From: Balanoglossus misakiensis
Lineage: Eukaryota; Animalia; Hemichordata
Length of the DNA stretch: 64,000 nucleotides
Assembly (NCBI GenBank): GCA_040954595.2
Contig: CM082597.2
Span: 434,001-498,000 of the forward strand
Direction: 5' to 3'
The notes under the pieces were generated by a model. The model ran no database searches and was not told the DNA's origin. It saw nothing but the letters and a program-made list of their open reading frames with translations. Position numbers and translations under genes: made by a program. Shown piece after piece: positions 1 through 12,565 of the stretch (the stretch's first letter is position 1; each line of letters begins with the position of its first letter).

Positions 1-81
1 GTGCCACTCTCCAGTAATGGAGAGTCCATTCTGCAAATTGATGCCCTGGGCAAGAAATTGCTTTCACCGACTTGTAGTGGT

Positions 82-700
82 CACTTTGCATTTTATCAAC
101 ATGAAGCTCAGTCAGACACCGGTATATTGGTTGAAATTACTCATAGCTACCACCATGCAGTGTGAGACGCTAAATTCTACTTTACAACACACATCATCAC
201 CAATACACATATACACCTTCTTGTCATCATAAGATTATTCTGTGTGTTCTCATTTCACATCTTCAATAAACTTTAAAGTATTCTGAAAATTGTGTATCCA
301 GGTAACAGCCTGGCAAAGATACGGATTCAGAAAATGCCCCCATCAGGGAATATTTTTCCGTGCAGTTCCATCAAAAGTGAACAGAAATTATAGTTGATGG
401 ACCCCACAAGGGAGCCCTGGGACACCACAGTCATTTCTGTTGGCATTTGGTGAAATTCCTGGAAAAAAAATCTTGATGATGAAGTGAGCAATCTGAAATG
501 ACACTATCGAAAAGCAATGAACTTGACTCAATTGCAAACTATATGTCACAACTTCATGTGTTGCCATGACAGGCAATCGAGATAATCAGGGTAAACAGTC
601 AGCTTGTTAGTAACTTCCCTCGGACCAATTTCAGAAACTCTTTCACAAATGATATCCTTCCTGTAATATCAAGAGCTGCCAGTCTGTTTACAATGATTGA
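82..700 (-). mobile_element. Possible highly decayed CR1/L2-clade LINE reverse transcriptase relic
   Basis: Minus-strand fragments in RT order: IVNRLAALDITGRISFVKEFL (~695-633), CGV(P)QGSLVGS with a frameshift (~429-399, cf. GVPQGSxLGP), YDDKKVY (231-211, cf. YADD), LSFMLIKCKV (111-82, cf. FNxxKCKV). Two spacings are longer than typical and the motifs are degenerate. Confidence 0.4.
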
Positions 701-1564
701 CTCATTTGCATTGCATGCTCTGCCTGTCCCATTTACAATATGACTATCCTGGCATTCACCGCCTCTCTCATTTTAACTGCTTCCGACTATTTTGTCTAAA
801 TCGAACTCGAGATTTCTCACTAGGTGTTCTTTAGCTTCTCTCTGTCTCTTTGCGGACGACTAAATATCTCTCTTCATTTTTATCACCTGTCCATCAGTCA
901 CTTCATCTTGTCAGCGTTTTATCTCTACACTTCATAAAATACCCTTTTCCCACTATTCCTCTGAATTGAGATCTTATATTACCCAACTGTCTGTCTGTAC
1001 TTATGTGTGTCATCAACTTCACACACATGTAAGTTTTTAACTTTAAATTGACTCATTTTTGATGACTAATTATTGCCACGGATACACCCTTTTTAGCATT
1101 ACGAGAACTAAAACTGCTTTCAAATCATCTCATCGTTAAAATTTATTTTAAATCCTCATGTTAGTTTTAAGTCTTTTGACATGACCGTCATTCAAAGCAC
1201 TAATAGAAAGCAGATCAATTTTTTAAAGCTACCCTTTTCAACAATTCTATGAAATGTTTGCATTTGGGATGAAATGTAAATGATTCAGATGAATAAAAGC
1301 CACCATTTAGAATTTTTGGAGACTTTTAATCCTAAGAAGTGAACCTGAGGGCAGACAGTCTGCTATTACAGATAAATAGGCAGAGTAAAGACAGACTGTC
1401 TGTGAGAAAAATCTAAATGATATCAGTCATAAAATAAACGGCATGATAATAAAACAATGATACTGGTAATGTGCCTATTTCATCATATCAACACACCTGT
1501 GTCACTACTACTGCTGTATTCATTCCAAGCTTACTGAAAATTTTCAACATTTCTCTTTCTCATT

Positions 1565-1670
1565 GTATCTATCTATCTATCTATCTATCTGCCCGTCTCC
1601 ATCTATCTCTGTCTGTCTGTCTATCTTTCTGTCTATCCATCCATCTGTCTGTCTGTCTGTCACCATCTCT
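1565..1670. repeat. (TATC)n/(TGTC)n compound microsatellite
   Basis: tatctatctatc... grading into ctgtctgtctgt. Confidence 0.9.
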
Positions 1671-1766
1671 GATATCATTCTAAACATCTAAGTTACAACT
1701 ATCACTGATACTCTCATCAGAAGCCCTTTTTTAATTCAAAGGTAAAAAAATATTGGGTCTTTATGC

Positions 1767-1819
1767 AAATTTGGTATGAAGGAATGAAATTATCCACATC
1801 TGAAATTCAAAGTGGCTAC
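1767..1819 (+). repeat. Dispersed repeat fragment, with an inverted copy at 20941-20995
   Basis: aatgaaattatccacatctgaaattcaaagtggct aligns with the reverse complement of 20941-20995 (aatgaaatgatatgcatctccaaattcaaaatggct). Confidence 0.55.
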
Positions 1820-4800
1820 TAATTTTTGTGCATATTTTGTGGGGAAAATTGAATTATTGACTTTATCTGTTTAACTATCCCCACAGTTTGCAAGATATTA
1901 GTTTACATGTGAGGCCCAGAAGACTTGGACAAAAACTCACTTATTTCCCCATTGTCATGTCTGTGTTTGAACGTTCCCATTGATGTTATATTTTACCATA
2001 TAAACTGATATTGTTATTCAGAAATAACTAACCGTTTCATCAATGTTGCATATTCATCTAGTCCAACTACAGCGTGAAATCAAACTTGATGTATTAAATT
2101 GTCGATGACTCCCATATTAATCGTCCACACCCAATATTCATTTTTGCAACTAAACCCTGGCCCATTTCATAAATATTTAATATGTATCATCTCATACATC
2201 AGTACATATCAATTTATGTCATCATTTTCCTGATAATTCTCCAAAGTACCAAACTTTTCGCTGGAAACCATGACTTCTCTACACTTTTTGTAAGTAGTCC
2301 CTGAAGATTGGAGGTCACTGAATATCCAGAAGCAGGCTTTTACATTAAATACCCACTTACTTATTAACTAGCACTGGCTTTGCCGTAAGAGGGGAATTCA
2401 GTGCACGGTTGGCTAAGCGTTTTTTCTTTGACTTATTTATAATTTCACGGGTTGAATTATTCTAGATACATGGCTAATATAGACCTATGGTAATCGTATA
2501 AAGGGTTTACATCATTTTAATTTTTCATCTTTGATAGAAAATTGGGGAGAAGATGAGATGTTCATGACTTCAGTAGACACACAAAACAAAATATTGAAAT
2601 CACAGCCGGAAAAGTTACAGCTACCGTCCCAGACTGGGAGACTCTGCATATCAATTCAAATACTGGATGTGTCTAATCATTGCCTATCATCAAAGCATGG
2701 AGGATAATTTTTCAGTCAAATTGGAAACAATTTGGCAGTGCAGCCTTTAGGGAAATTATGACAATGAAAGAGCTTCTTTTCTTACAGATAATTTTGTAAT
2801 AATTGAAACTCAAATTATTTCCTCTTTCCCACTAACAATCTCCGTAAATTACATTTTCAGCTAATGATTTTGACAAGACAGGTGAGTTTAGATTATCCTG
2901 CAACACAAAGGCTTTGTAGACTGAGTTTCAACCCATGCAAGGATCGGTTGAGGTCATGCTATGTTTTCTTCTGCTCCGAACAATACACTTCCCAGCATTC
3001 TCCTCGAGAGTCAACATGAAACATGCTTATTTCACTTTCAGAGTAATTTTTCAGCAATTTCCGACCGAGTGAGATACTCCGAAGAAGTAGCTAGCGGCAG
3101 AGACACAATTATCTGAGCTGTAATACACTGCACAGAATAGTGTAGGCCATGGATACTCATCTTTCTCAAAGCACTTGCAGGGACGAGTCGACTGACTTCT
3201 CTTTGATATCACGCTAGCTTATCTCCCAGCAATTTTACTGCAACACAATATGAAGTCAGTAATGGTCGCCATGCAATAATACAACCACGACTTTCTTAAA
3301 TGCGTTGCCGCATCTCTCTTACCACAGTATCCTATGGCAACACAAACTGAGGTCACTTTCTTCAAAGTGAGTCAATCATATCACGAATCACACACCGAAA
3401 TCTGAACCTTCCACAATCATTTCAAATGCTTTGAACTTTAAAAAAACATGCATCATTAAAGCTTCAAGTTAATTGTAAGTCCAGGTAGAAATTTAAATGT
3501 TCAGTGACAAAAACTTATTATACAAAGTTCACTTTAGTTTAAGTATACTATCAATATTTTATTTTTCATTCGGAAAGTTTTTTACTGGATTGATCTTTCT
3601 CCACTGAAATATGTCAAATTTGAAGAAGTTTAGTCCACATGTGACTATTTATTTTGTGTTCTGTTTCCAACTTTTTTAGACTTTCACATAGAGAATGAAA
3701 TGCATTGTTCATTAACCAGAAGCTGGGATTAGAAAGATAAAACATATTAGAACATTCTCAGCCTCGGAAAAGCATTCAAAGTAAATATCTGAACACATAG
3801 GTACAACATGTGTGACACTGCAACCAATTTGCATAAACTCTGAAGTCAATTTGTAGTCAATTTGTACGTAGAAGACTTTTCAACTTAAGTCATCCTTGTC
3901 TCATTTTCCGGTACAATTCACATCCGTAATTCCTTCAAAACAACTCATTCCTGCCAAAAACTACAACTGGTGCATCAATGGGGGAATTACAACGTGTGAA
4001 AATGCCTCTGGTTGAAATCAATGGTGTAATACCTCTGAATAGGGACAAAAGTGTTGATCACACTGCACGGACAATAAGTTTAACGGCAAATTTTACACTT
4101 ACATCACTTCTTTACGATCAGTTACTATGACAAAATCATAGAAATTTGGAATCACACAAAATGATTTAAATTTTCTACAGTTCTCATGAACTACAGGAAA
4201 ACGTCCGTAATTTTGACAGTCAAGACACAATCATTTCAAAGGGAAAACTGTTACACCTAGAGGGTTAATGTTAGAACGTTGTCACAGTACTAGTCTAACA
4301 TTTTCCTGACATTTAAGGATTTCTTTCAAAAAAAGCTAAAATTTGCATGAAGTTGAATGGCTTGGATCAAACAAAATAGAAGACATACAAGCTTTGAGAA
4401 CGTGAAGATCAATTTTACTATAATTATGATAGATTGGCTAATTGCCAGCACTGAAATCTGAACTGTAAACATTCATTTCACAATTTCATTCTTATTTTGT
4501 CATTAATGTTGCTTTTAATTGATCAATGTTTGCAAATAGTATTGGACACTTTTGTAAGAACAAATTTGGATTAAAACTCCTATTAATTTAGTCATTTTTC
4601 GCTTCACTGAATATGGAAACAAGTAATGGAAAAGGGTCCCTATGAAACTGTTTTAGAAACAGTATTCTGAGCCCCTTCGTTTGTTATAATGGCAGATTTG
4701 TGACTTTTCATGAGAGATTTTTGCCGACTTTCCTTCAAAATGCTTTACAACAATTGAAATTTGGACATAAATGAACCGTCAACAGTAATACCTAAAAGGT

Positions 4801-5962
4801 CAACCCAAATGAAGATTGTGCCACGTCAAAAATTCACACGCAAGCAACAATTTTCGTCAGGTGATTTTCCGCGGGAAAATCTGTCACAAGGAAGGAGTTA
4901 AATATCAGTTGAAGTGGTCAGTAGTGCATACCAATTACACAGTCAATGAACCTTCACAAAGTACACTCTACATACATACACCACTCAAGTCTCTGTCTTC
5001 GAATTTCCTCCTTTCTCTCTCACAAATCCACATCTGAATATCAATAAAAGCTCTTTCTAGCTAGCCATTTCACATCAACGGTACTGTTCTGAGCTGGCTA
5101 CTTCACTTTCAAACTACACTCTGCCAACAAATATTCATATATTCAGCCCGTTTTTTTACAAGTCAGTGGAAAATACCTTGACAATCTCAATAATGGCAGT
5201 CTCTGTAAAACTCTCTTCATTATCAACACTGTTCAATTCCATGCACAAATCAGAAAGTACATTTTAAAGCAAATTTATGTCACATTGCTTATTCGACGAC
5301 TCAAGAAAAAAATATTAAAATCTAACAAAAACCAGAATATTACAGTGAACAGATCATTCTCTGCTTATGATTAAAACATAAAATACAAATGCTTCCTTCA
5401 AAAACTGATATTAATTATAGACTGCCTAATACATGGGACTCTTATATAATGGTACTGTTTTCAGTCTTCAAATATTCGGTAAAATAATTGTAAATAAACA
5501 TGACAATCAATTGGCCAACTTGAGTTTAATGTGAAAACTCTGCGTAGGAAGGCAGACAGTCATAACACTGTGTTTGCAGTGAGGTATCAGGTACATAGAG
5601 AATCAATGAAATGGTTTTTAATTTCTAATCCTGAGATGTTAAGCTCCTTTTCAAGGTACACAAGAACACTAAACAGAACAGTCGATGTCTGTCAATCTCG
5701 TCGTGCCGGTGATTTCTGACATTCAACGCTGGAAAAAGTCGACAAACGACACTACACGTATGTGAAATAGAAAACTCTAGCCGGCCTCTACTTATTGTAC
5801 AGCTTAATATATAAAGCCAGTCAGAGAGCAGATGTCAGAGCGAAGTCAGTTTCTACAAAGACGACATTGAAGGGAAAAGCAAAGCTACAGCCAAGCGGAA
5901 TTCTAGCACTGTTAAAGGGTAACTTTTTTTCTCTCAAAAAAACAGAAAGTCGGTCCACTTAC

Positions 5963-6147
5963 TTGCGATAATCCGGTGGCTTTTTCACGTGTTTTCTTTT
6001 GCGAGCCATGACTGTGAGGTGGTGCTGGCTACAGTGTGTGCTCCTCAATCTGGCTTGATTACACTCTGTCTTACTAATGATGTTTTCTCCTTCATTTAGC
6101 GTGTAAAAACAATTATCCCTATTGTTGTATCCATTGAAACTGTCCAT
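5963..6147 (-). CDS. Candidate coding part of an alternative first exon (MDSFNGYNNR...MARKRKHVKKPPDYR), product unknown
   Basis: ATG in gttATGg context and an open frame of 61 codons + 2 nt ending at the donor CAA|GTAAGT (GT at 5962-5961). There is local CpG enrichment and a CRE-like TTACGTCA at 6613-6620 upstream. No homology recognised. Confidence 0.4.
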
Positions 6148-9100
6148 AACTGCTTTGATTAACGCCGTCCATACATGACTGCAGGCAACCACATCGATAC
6201 AAAATCCTCAGTCCAACAAACTCCGTCTCTTGTGTGTCATCACCATAAAAATTCTCACCTTTCTTGCTCCTTCGCTGTCACCATAGTGACAGTTTTTTTA
6301 GATAACCAAATGATGTAAAATTTAATGCACATACACGGTACCCAATCAGAGCAAATTTCTCTCCTTTGGACTGTTGGTGGACCCCCTGCAGAGTTGCGGC
6401 CAGCCTCCCTTTCATGATTCTTACCACCGTATAGCGTCGAGCCCTACAGATATTTGCTGGACTGATTCCTATCCATATCTCACCGATGTTTAGATTCACT
6501 ATGTATGCAAACGACATACTGACTTTTGCCTGTAAGCAGCTCTATACTGCTTTGCACTGCCATAACACAAAATGACACCACGGAAGCTCCTAATGATTGT
6601 ATCGGCTCGCTATTACGTCATTCAGTTTGGTAAATTACGGCACACATCGCTGGAAGGTTTTAGCCTTTTGTTCAAAAGGCTGAATAAAGTGCAACAAAGT
6701 GTTACCTCTACTGTGAAATGTTACAAAATACAACACCAAAGAAGTAATTTATCACAGAAAGGTTGTTGGAAATGTTAAATCTTTCAAAATGGTACAAGTG
6801 GTTATGGAATGGCCAATATTTTTTTAAGTTATCGATATCCAGACCAAAATGTCATATACCTTGTCTAAAAACAAACAAACCCCAATACCAAATGCAAGTC
6901 TTTTTAAAAATTATCAGATCCAAGTTTGTTTCAAAATTATTTTGAAATAGTAAATGTCTCGAACATTAAATCGCAGGTTTGGCAAAATCTGCTTACCAGA
7001 GCACCATGCATGATTTTTTAAAACGTTCTCCAGTCATTTGTGAGTATGAAAGATAGAATTACAAATGAAAGTTCTTTTTTCATCAGTGCCAGACTCAGGG
7101 TGCTGACGTACACAAGACAATTTCAATTCATCTGCAGTGAAATTCTTATTTTCTGCAGTTTCTAAATAATTAACGACAGAAAAACTGTAATTCTATATCA
7201 TATTGAAGAATCGAAGAAAAGCGTGCGACCGACAATATTCAGCTGTTTCATGAGACAGTAGTGGGGATAATACACTCTCTATTCACTTCAGTTTTCTTGG
7301 TACAATTTGATATCAGCTACTCTAATCAATTATTTACTTCTAACATTTGTGGATGCATCTATAGAAGATCTTAAATTTCTCGAAATGGAGGATTTCCATT
7401 TCTATACTGAAAATCCCAAGAGAAAACACCCTAATCTCCAGTATGCAAGTTAAAAATTTCAAAGCATGCTGGGATAGCCAGACTGTAATGCTGGACTAAC
7501 CATGCATGTCAATATTCAACGGTTGTCTGCACTTTAAATATTCCTTTTGAGAAGCAATTTTGAAAACTAGCGAAAATCTGTGGCACCAGTCATTGCTAAG
7601 GAGAAACGTTCCTTGATAATGCGTAAAAACAACAATTATTACATCCAACACAAGAGTGAGAGTTGGTGAAAGTAATTAGACGTTTGTCATTATTAATTAT
7701 GTAGCGATAGTGTATTATATTTTGATGATTACGGTTGACCTGCACTGAATTGCAAGTGTTAGGATCGATGAGGAGCAATTACACAAGGGCCATGGCAAAG
7801 TTGCAATGGCAGAGTTCGAACTACAGCCACTCTTTCAAACACACCAACAGGACACTTCCACATATGTTTATGAAGTGTCAAGTCTCTTCACATCAAACAC
7901 AGCATGCAGAGAGTGAAGACACAACATAGATGAGTTGTCATCACTTAAGCAATAATTGTCTGCACTTGACTGAAGACAAAAGACAATACACCATGCAATT
8001 AACACTTCATTCAAACACAGTACAACTGCAGCAGACACTGGTATAGAAAATTATTCATTGTACAATCTACTTAATGAAAGTCTCCCATGTTCCACTGAAA
8101 CAGGCAATAGTTGGAAATGCCAGAAATGTTTTCAGAAATAATACCCCAATATTGCTGGCTCCCAGCAAATATTTACTCTGATATTGAAAATTTTCCTTTG
8201 AGAGACGGAGCAATTTATGAGGCGAGTTTTAATTTACATCGTGGGAAGTATAAGAATGATATGTGACCTATTGTCAATAATTTTAGGTGTCATGTCAACA
8301 TTTCAACATGGGACCAAAATATTAATACATTAATTTTGGTTTTGGGTTGGGGGTTGTTGATCCCAAAAGGTTTCTATCCCACAAATTTATTAATTACTGA
8401 GGTAATCAAATTGTATTTTCATTCAACACTTTGCTACATTTTCAACTGCCTCTGACAGTTTTCATGTCAAAATGTGGACTTTTGACCTCTGTTGCACATA
8501 ATAATTACATTTTGATAGATTTCTCCTCATACATGGACGATGGTGGGACTGATTAAGATTTTAAGGTGGTCGGGGCGTTTTCCTCTCCTGAACTTTTGAC
8601 ACTGCCCCTTTAACTGAAGTACATCATTTATTCTGTATCTTGGCAACATTGTGACAATTAAATCAGAAACACTGTAGCAAAAAAATCATTTAAATATGAC
8701 TTGTATGTAAATGAACTGACGTGCTAACACTTCAGGCGCGAGAGAGACGAGGGATACTGTTAGATGACATAATCATTCTGAGACAATTCAATTATGAGGG
8801 TTTTGATCAAACAACTTATTCTTCAATATTCACCTAGGCAACATACTGCAATTTAAACTTCTAAAACTGAAACATCAAATTTTTGAAACATTCAATGGAC
8901 ATTGTTAAATTTTATGCGACACTTAGCCACAAAACAAACGCCTATCAAGTAGAAAAGTAATAACACATAAAAATTGTCACCAGCAGCATTCATGAATGAT
9001 ATTAAAATTCTCAGAATAAACACTGCATGATGCCTCATCATGCACAGCATACAGAAAGGATTTACAGCAAATAAATTTTGGAAATCTGAAAGATATGATG

Positions 9101-9811
9101 TTAATATGCACAATTTATCCCATGAGACTATCAGAGAATTATGGCAAATACTACTTATTATTATTATCACATCGGAATGATTCTTTGGAGAATTATATTC
9201 TGCGTGTTATGTTTAAGGACAGTGTCAGAATCAGCAACTGCTTTTAGAATCCAATCGCGCATTTTTATTCAGTATTTCATTTCATTTGACGGGAGAAAGT
9301 TGTATACCATTAAAATGTGACTTTGTAAAATTTTGCAGTCAGAGTTCACACTGCAAGTTTTCCAACTTCACTTCACTGAAACATAAATACTAAAATGACA
9401 GAATGCAATTTGCTCAGTATTACCTGCAAATTGCAGTCATGATCTCCATGGATATTTTTAGCTGAAGTAATTTAACAGCTTTCCAAGATTACCAACACTA
9501 TACTTCACCACCAAGAAAAACTACATGCAAACGATCAACGGTTTACTTTCTATCCTGTTGATGTTGGCAAGGTCCACCAAATTAACCTTTATATCATTTT
9601 TTTCTCTGCTTCTGACATTTCTGCAGTGATCCTTTTCAGTCGCACGTCAGTTTGTGGAATTATTTATGTGATTTGGCACCCGAGATTCCTGGAAATCTAG
9701 GTGTGTGCTTCGAGTGAGAAATATTTTAATGAAGATTTTCAATGTTTCTCTGATACAATTTGAAAAGGTTATAAACTTCACAGACAGAACAGAGTCACTT
9801 CACTTTTAAAA

Positions 9812-9896
9812 CCCTTTCACCAACATGGTTCAGTCCAAACCAATTGTTTTCTATGGCAAGTTTGGACTTCTGAAGAGGGAACTGGGGGTGAAAGGG
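9812..9896 (+). mobile_element. 85-bp piggyBac-type MITE, copy 1
   Basis: TIRs ccctttcacc/ggtgaaaggg. TTAA on the right (9897-9900), left flank ttaaaa. Homologous to the 41477 and 55305 copies. Confidence 0.85.
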
Positions 9897-10463
9897 TTAA
9901 CCTAAACAAGTTTTGCACATCACAGACAATAAATAGCATACCTCTGTATATGGTAGGTGCAGAAAAGTGACAATTCAATGCAACCAAGCAAGACCAGGTA
10001 TTTTAACATTTTATGATAAATGATGATATTGTTTTATAATTCCCATGACAATAGATAAAATAGTCGAGTAATTAGACTGTTTGAACTGCCTGAGGATTTG
10101 ACCAGACATATTACAATTGACATCTATCAGATTAATGAAAAACTTGATTAAGAAATTAATTTTCAGACAATGAAGGTCACCGTTCTCATTACTGTATTAA
10201 ATTTGATAGATTTTTACAAAGGCAGAGATTTTATACTGCACACATTCTCAGCATGGATCTCAGTTATAAATAGTTAATCAGGAGCTATGCCAATTTCACA
10301 TGTCAAGTTGTGAAAAAGTTTGAGTTGATGAATAGGAAAAAATCCCCAAAGTAGCAAACAGTTCCTGGGTCTTCAAGTTTTATATTACACACAAAAAAAG
10401 TTTCACATTATGTAAATCTGATGAATAGCGGTGAACATTTCAGATCATCACATTTCTACCTAC

Positions 10464-10501
10464 CGTCCTCTTCTGGATGAAATGTTTCCTGAAAAAATCA
10501 T
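10464..10501 (-). CDS. Weak candidate short coding part of another alternative first exon (MIFSGNISSRRG)
   Basis: ATG at 10501, 12 codons + 2 nt, donor ACG|GTAGGT. Same phase as the 5963 exon. Weak ATG context. Confidence 0.2.
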
Positions 10502-12458
10502 GCAATCACCCCTTCATCGTTCTTGGCTGAAAAGTCACCTCGCAGTGTGATCAGAAAGCTTTGAATAGTTACTGAATGCAACAAAGTGTTTTTTTAATAG
10601 TCTTGAAAACAGACATACCTTTTTTCTCAGAAGGACTTCTTCAAATGCACTTTACCACCAGCATAAAAACAAAGCTTCGAATCCACAAACACTTCTGTTC
10701 GTCCTTGAAGACCAAACGCAACCTTTCGAATGTCTTGTATACCTCCTTGACTTGACTGGACTGGATACTTGTAGATTGTACAGTCACTCACTGTTTGTAT
10801 ACAGAGTATAATTCACGATGTTCTATTGTTGACAGCTTGCAAGATGACAATAGGGCATAAAAACTAGCATCCCATAGCCTATATAAATGTCACAAACAGT
10901 CAGGTGTTTTCCCAAATTTTGACTTTAACCGACGAAATCTTCAAAAAGTCCTGCAAATGTGAGAAAAACAGTCGAGTGAGTGTCAGAAAGTTATCACTCC
11001 ATTTTGGCAGTGACTAATTTTAATAATTGCAGAACCCTTACGTGCCCCGCTGTTGTAAAGACATGCACGTCAAACAACAGAGCTATTCGGGGCTGGTTAG
11101 ACTGCTTCAAAGGGTGTTGACATGCAGCTATCAATTGGAGGTTACAAGACAAAGCCTATCCCCTACGGCAATTCCCTCTCCACTATTGACTTGTACAAGG
11201 TGACTGGTGCCAAGGCAAAAAAGTAAACACAAGATTTCTATGAAAAAGAAGACAGGACAGTCGGTCTGGCTGCCGTGGTTTGCCGACTAGTCTACGCTCA
11301 TATACAAAAGATTTTGGTATCAGGAACATTAAAGTTGGGGACAGACCCTAATACATCCTCTTAATACCCCATAATTATCTCAAGACAGTATGTCTAAGTG
11401 TCCTGGTTAGACGGCAACGGATGTATTGAGGATCATCTCAAAAGTTTGACTGAAATCCAGTAATCACACACAAAGCCAATTTTGAATGTTTATTATCTGA
11501 ATCTGACTTTTTCAGAACACATTAACAGACAGGCATAAATTGTTCTTCATCTGTCTAAACTCTTCAATAAAAAGATTTCCACTTGCAAATAATGAAACCA
11601 GTTTGATAATAATTATTATTAGCTACAGGTATGCAGATAAGCTGTAGATCTAGATTACAAGGACAAAAATCAAGCCCTGAAAACTTGTAACAATTTGAGA
11701 AGATCCCTCAAACATTGTCTGCATGTCTATCCTTAGACCTTCCCTATCATTAAGAACTGATAGAGGTCGCTGTGATCTTACTCACACTTTCACCATTAAA
11801 ATAATAAATTCTAATCAACAATTTCGAAATGGAGTCCACATGTTGTACATAAGACATATATATATACACCAGACAAAATGGACAATAATTGGCAGGGAAG
11901 ATGACCAAACCAGTTTGTAGTGAAAGGTTTAACGGAGCAAGTAATGTGTCTTTTGAAAGCTTTAATGGGAGATAAGCCTATAATTGGTAATTGACAATTG
12001 TGTAGAATGAAGGAAAGGAATGTAAGAGCAAAGCAGGGATCAGTTTGTATACATGTTACAAACATCACACTTCACATTGATCAAAACTAGACATAGGGGA
12101 AAGATGTTTTCATCTTCAGTGTTTGGAAAATAATGTTTATGTCAGTCCATTTATCACCATTACAATAATCAGTCATTTCATTAAGCTGACCAGAAATATG
12201 TCTACAGAATTCAATCTCTTGTATTATGTCTTTGAAATTAAACAATCGCAAAGTTCATGTGTGTGTGATTGCGAAGGTGAAAATGAAGGTGATTTATCAC
12301 AGTGACAAGAACTGTTTACTCATTATAGACCTATTAACATAAAAAGAGTCAGTTAAGGACAGTTCCATCTTTACCATATTTTATTGAACGATGCAAATTT
12401 AACTTTTAATCTATTAGAGGCTATACAGCCCGATTTAAACTGCTTACAACTCAAGGAT

Positions 12459-12565
12459 GCAGCCAATAGCAGATTAGCTTTCAAGGAGAGTGCTTCAGGC
12501 AGCCAATAGTAGATCAGCTCCTGAGAATACTCCTAAAGGCAACCAATAACAGATAAGCTTTCAAG
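12459..12565 (+). repeat. Three-unit 40-bp tandem repeat, each unit with a CCAAT box
   Basis: gcaRccaataRYagatHagct starts at 12459, 12499 and 12539. Confidence 0.8.

Noticed and set aside
2361-2461. Open frame ending at AA|GTAAGT
   Set aside because: No in-frame ATG, weak acceptor and no recognisable protein.
11330-11452. Possible right end of a second pogo/Tigger-type MITE (gtttgactg)
   Set aside because: No left TIR or TA flank was found, and it is too decayed to call.
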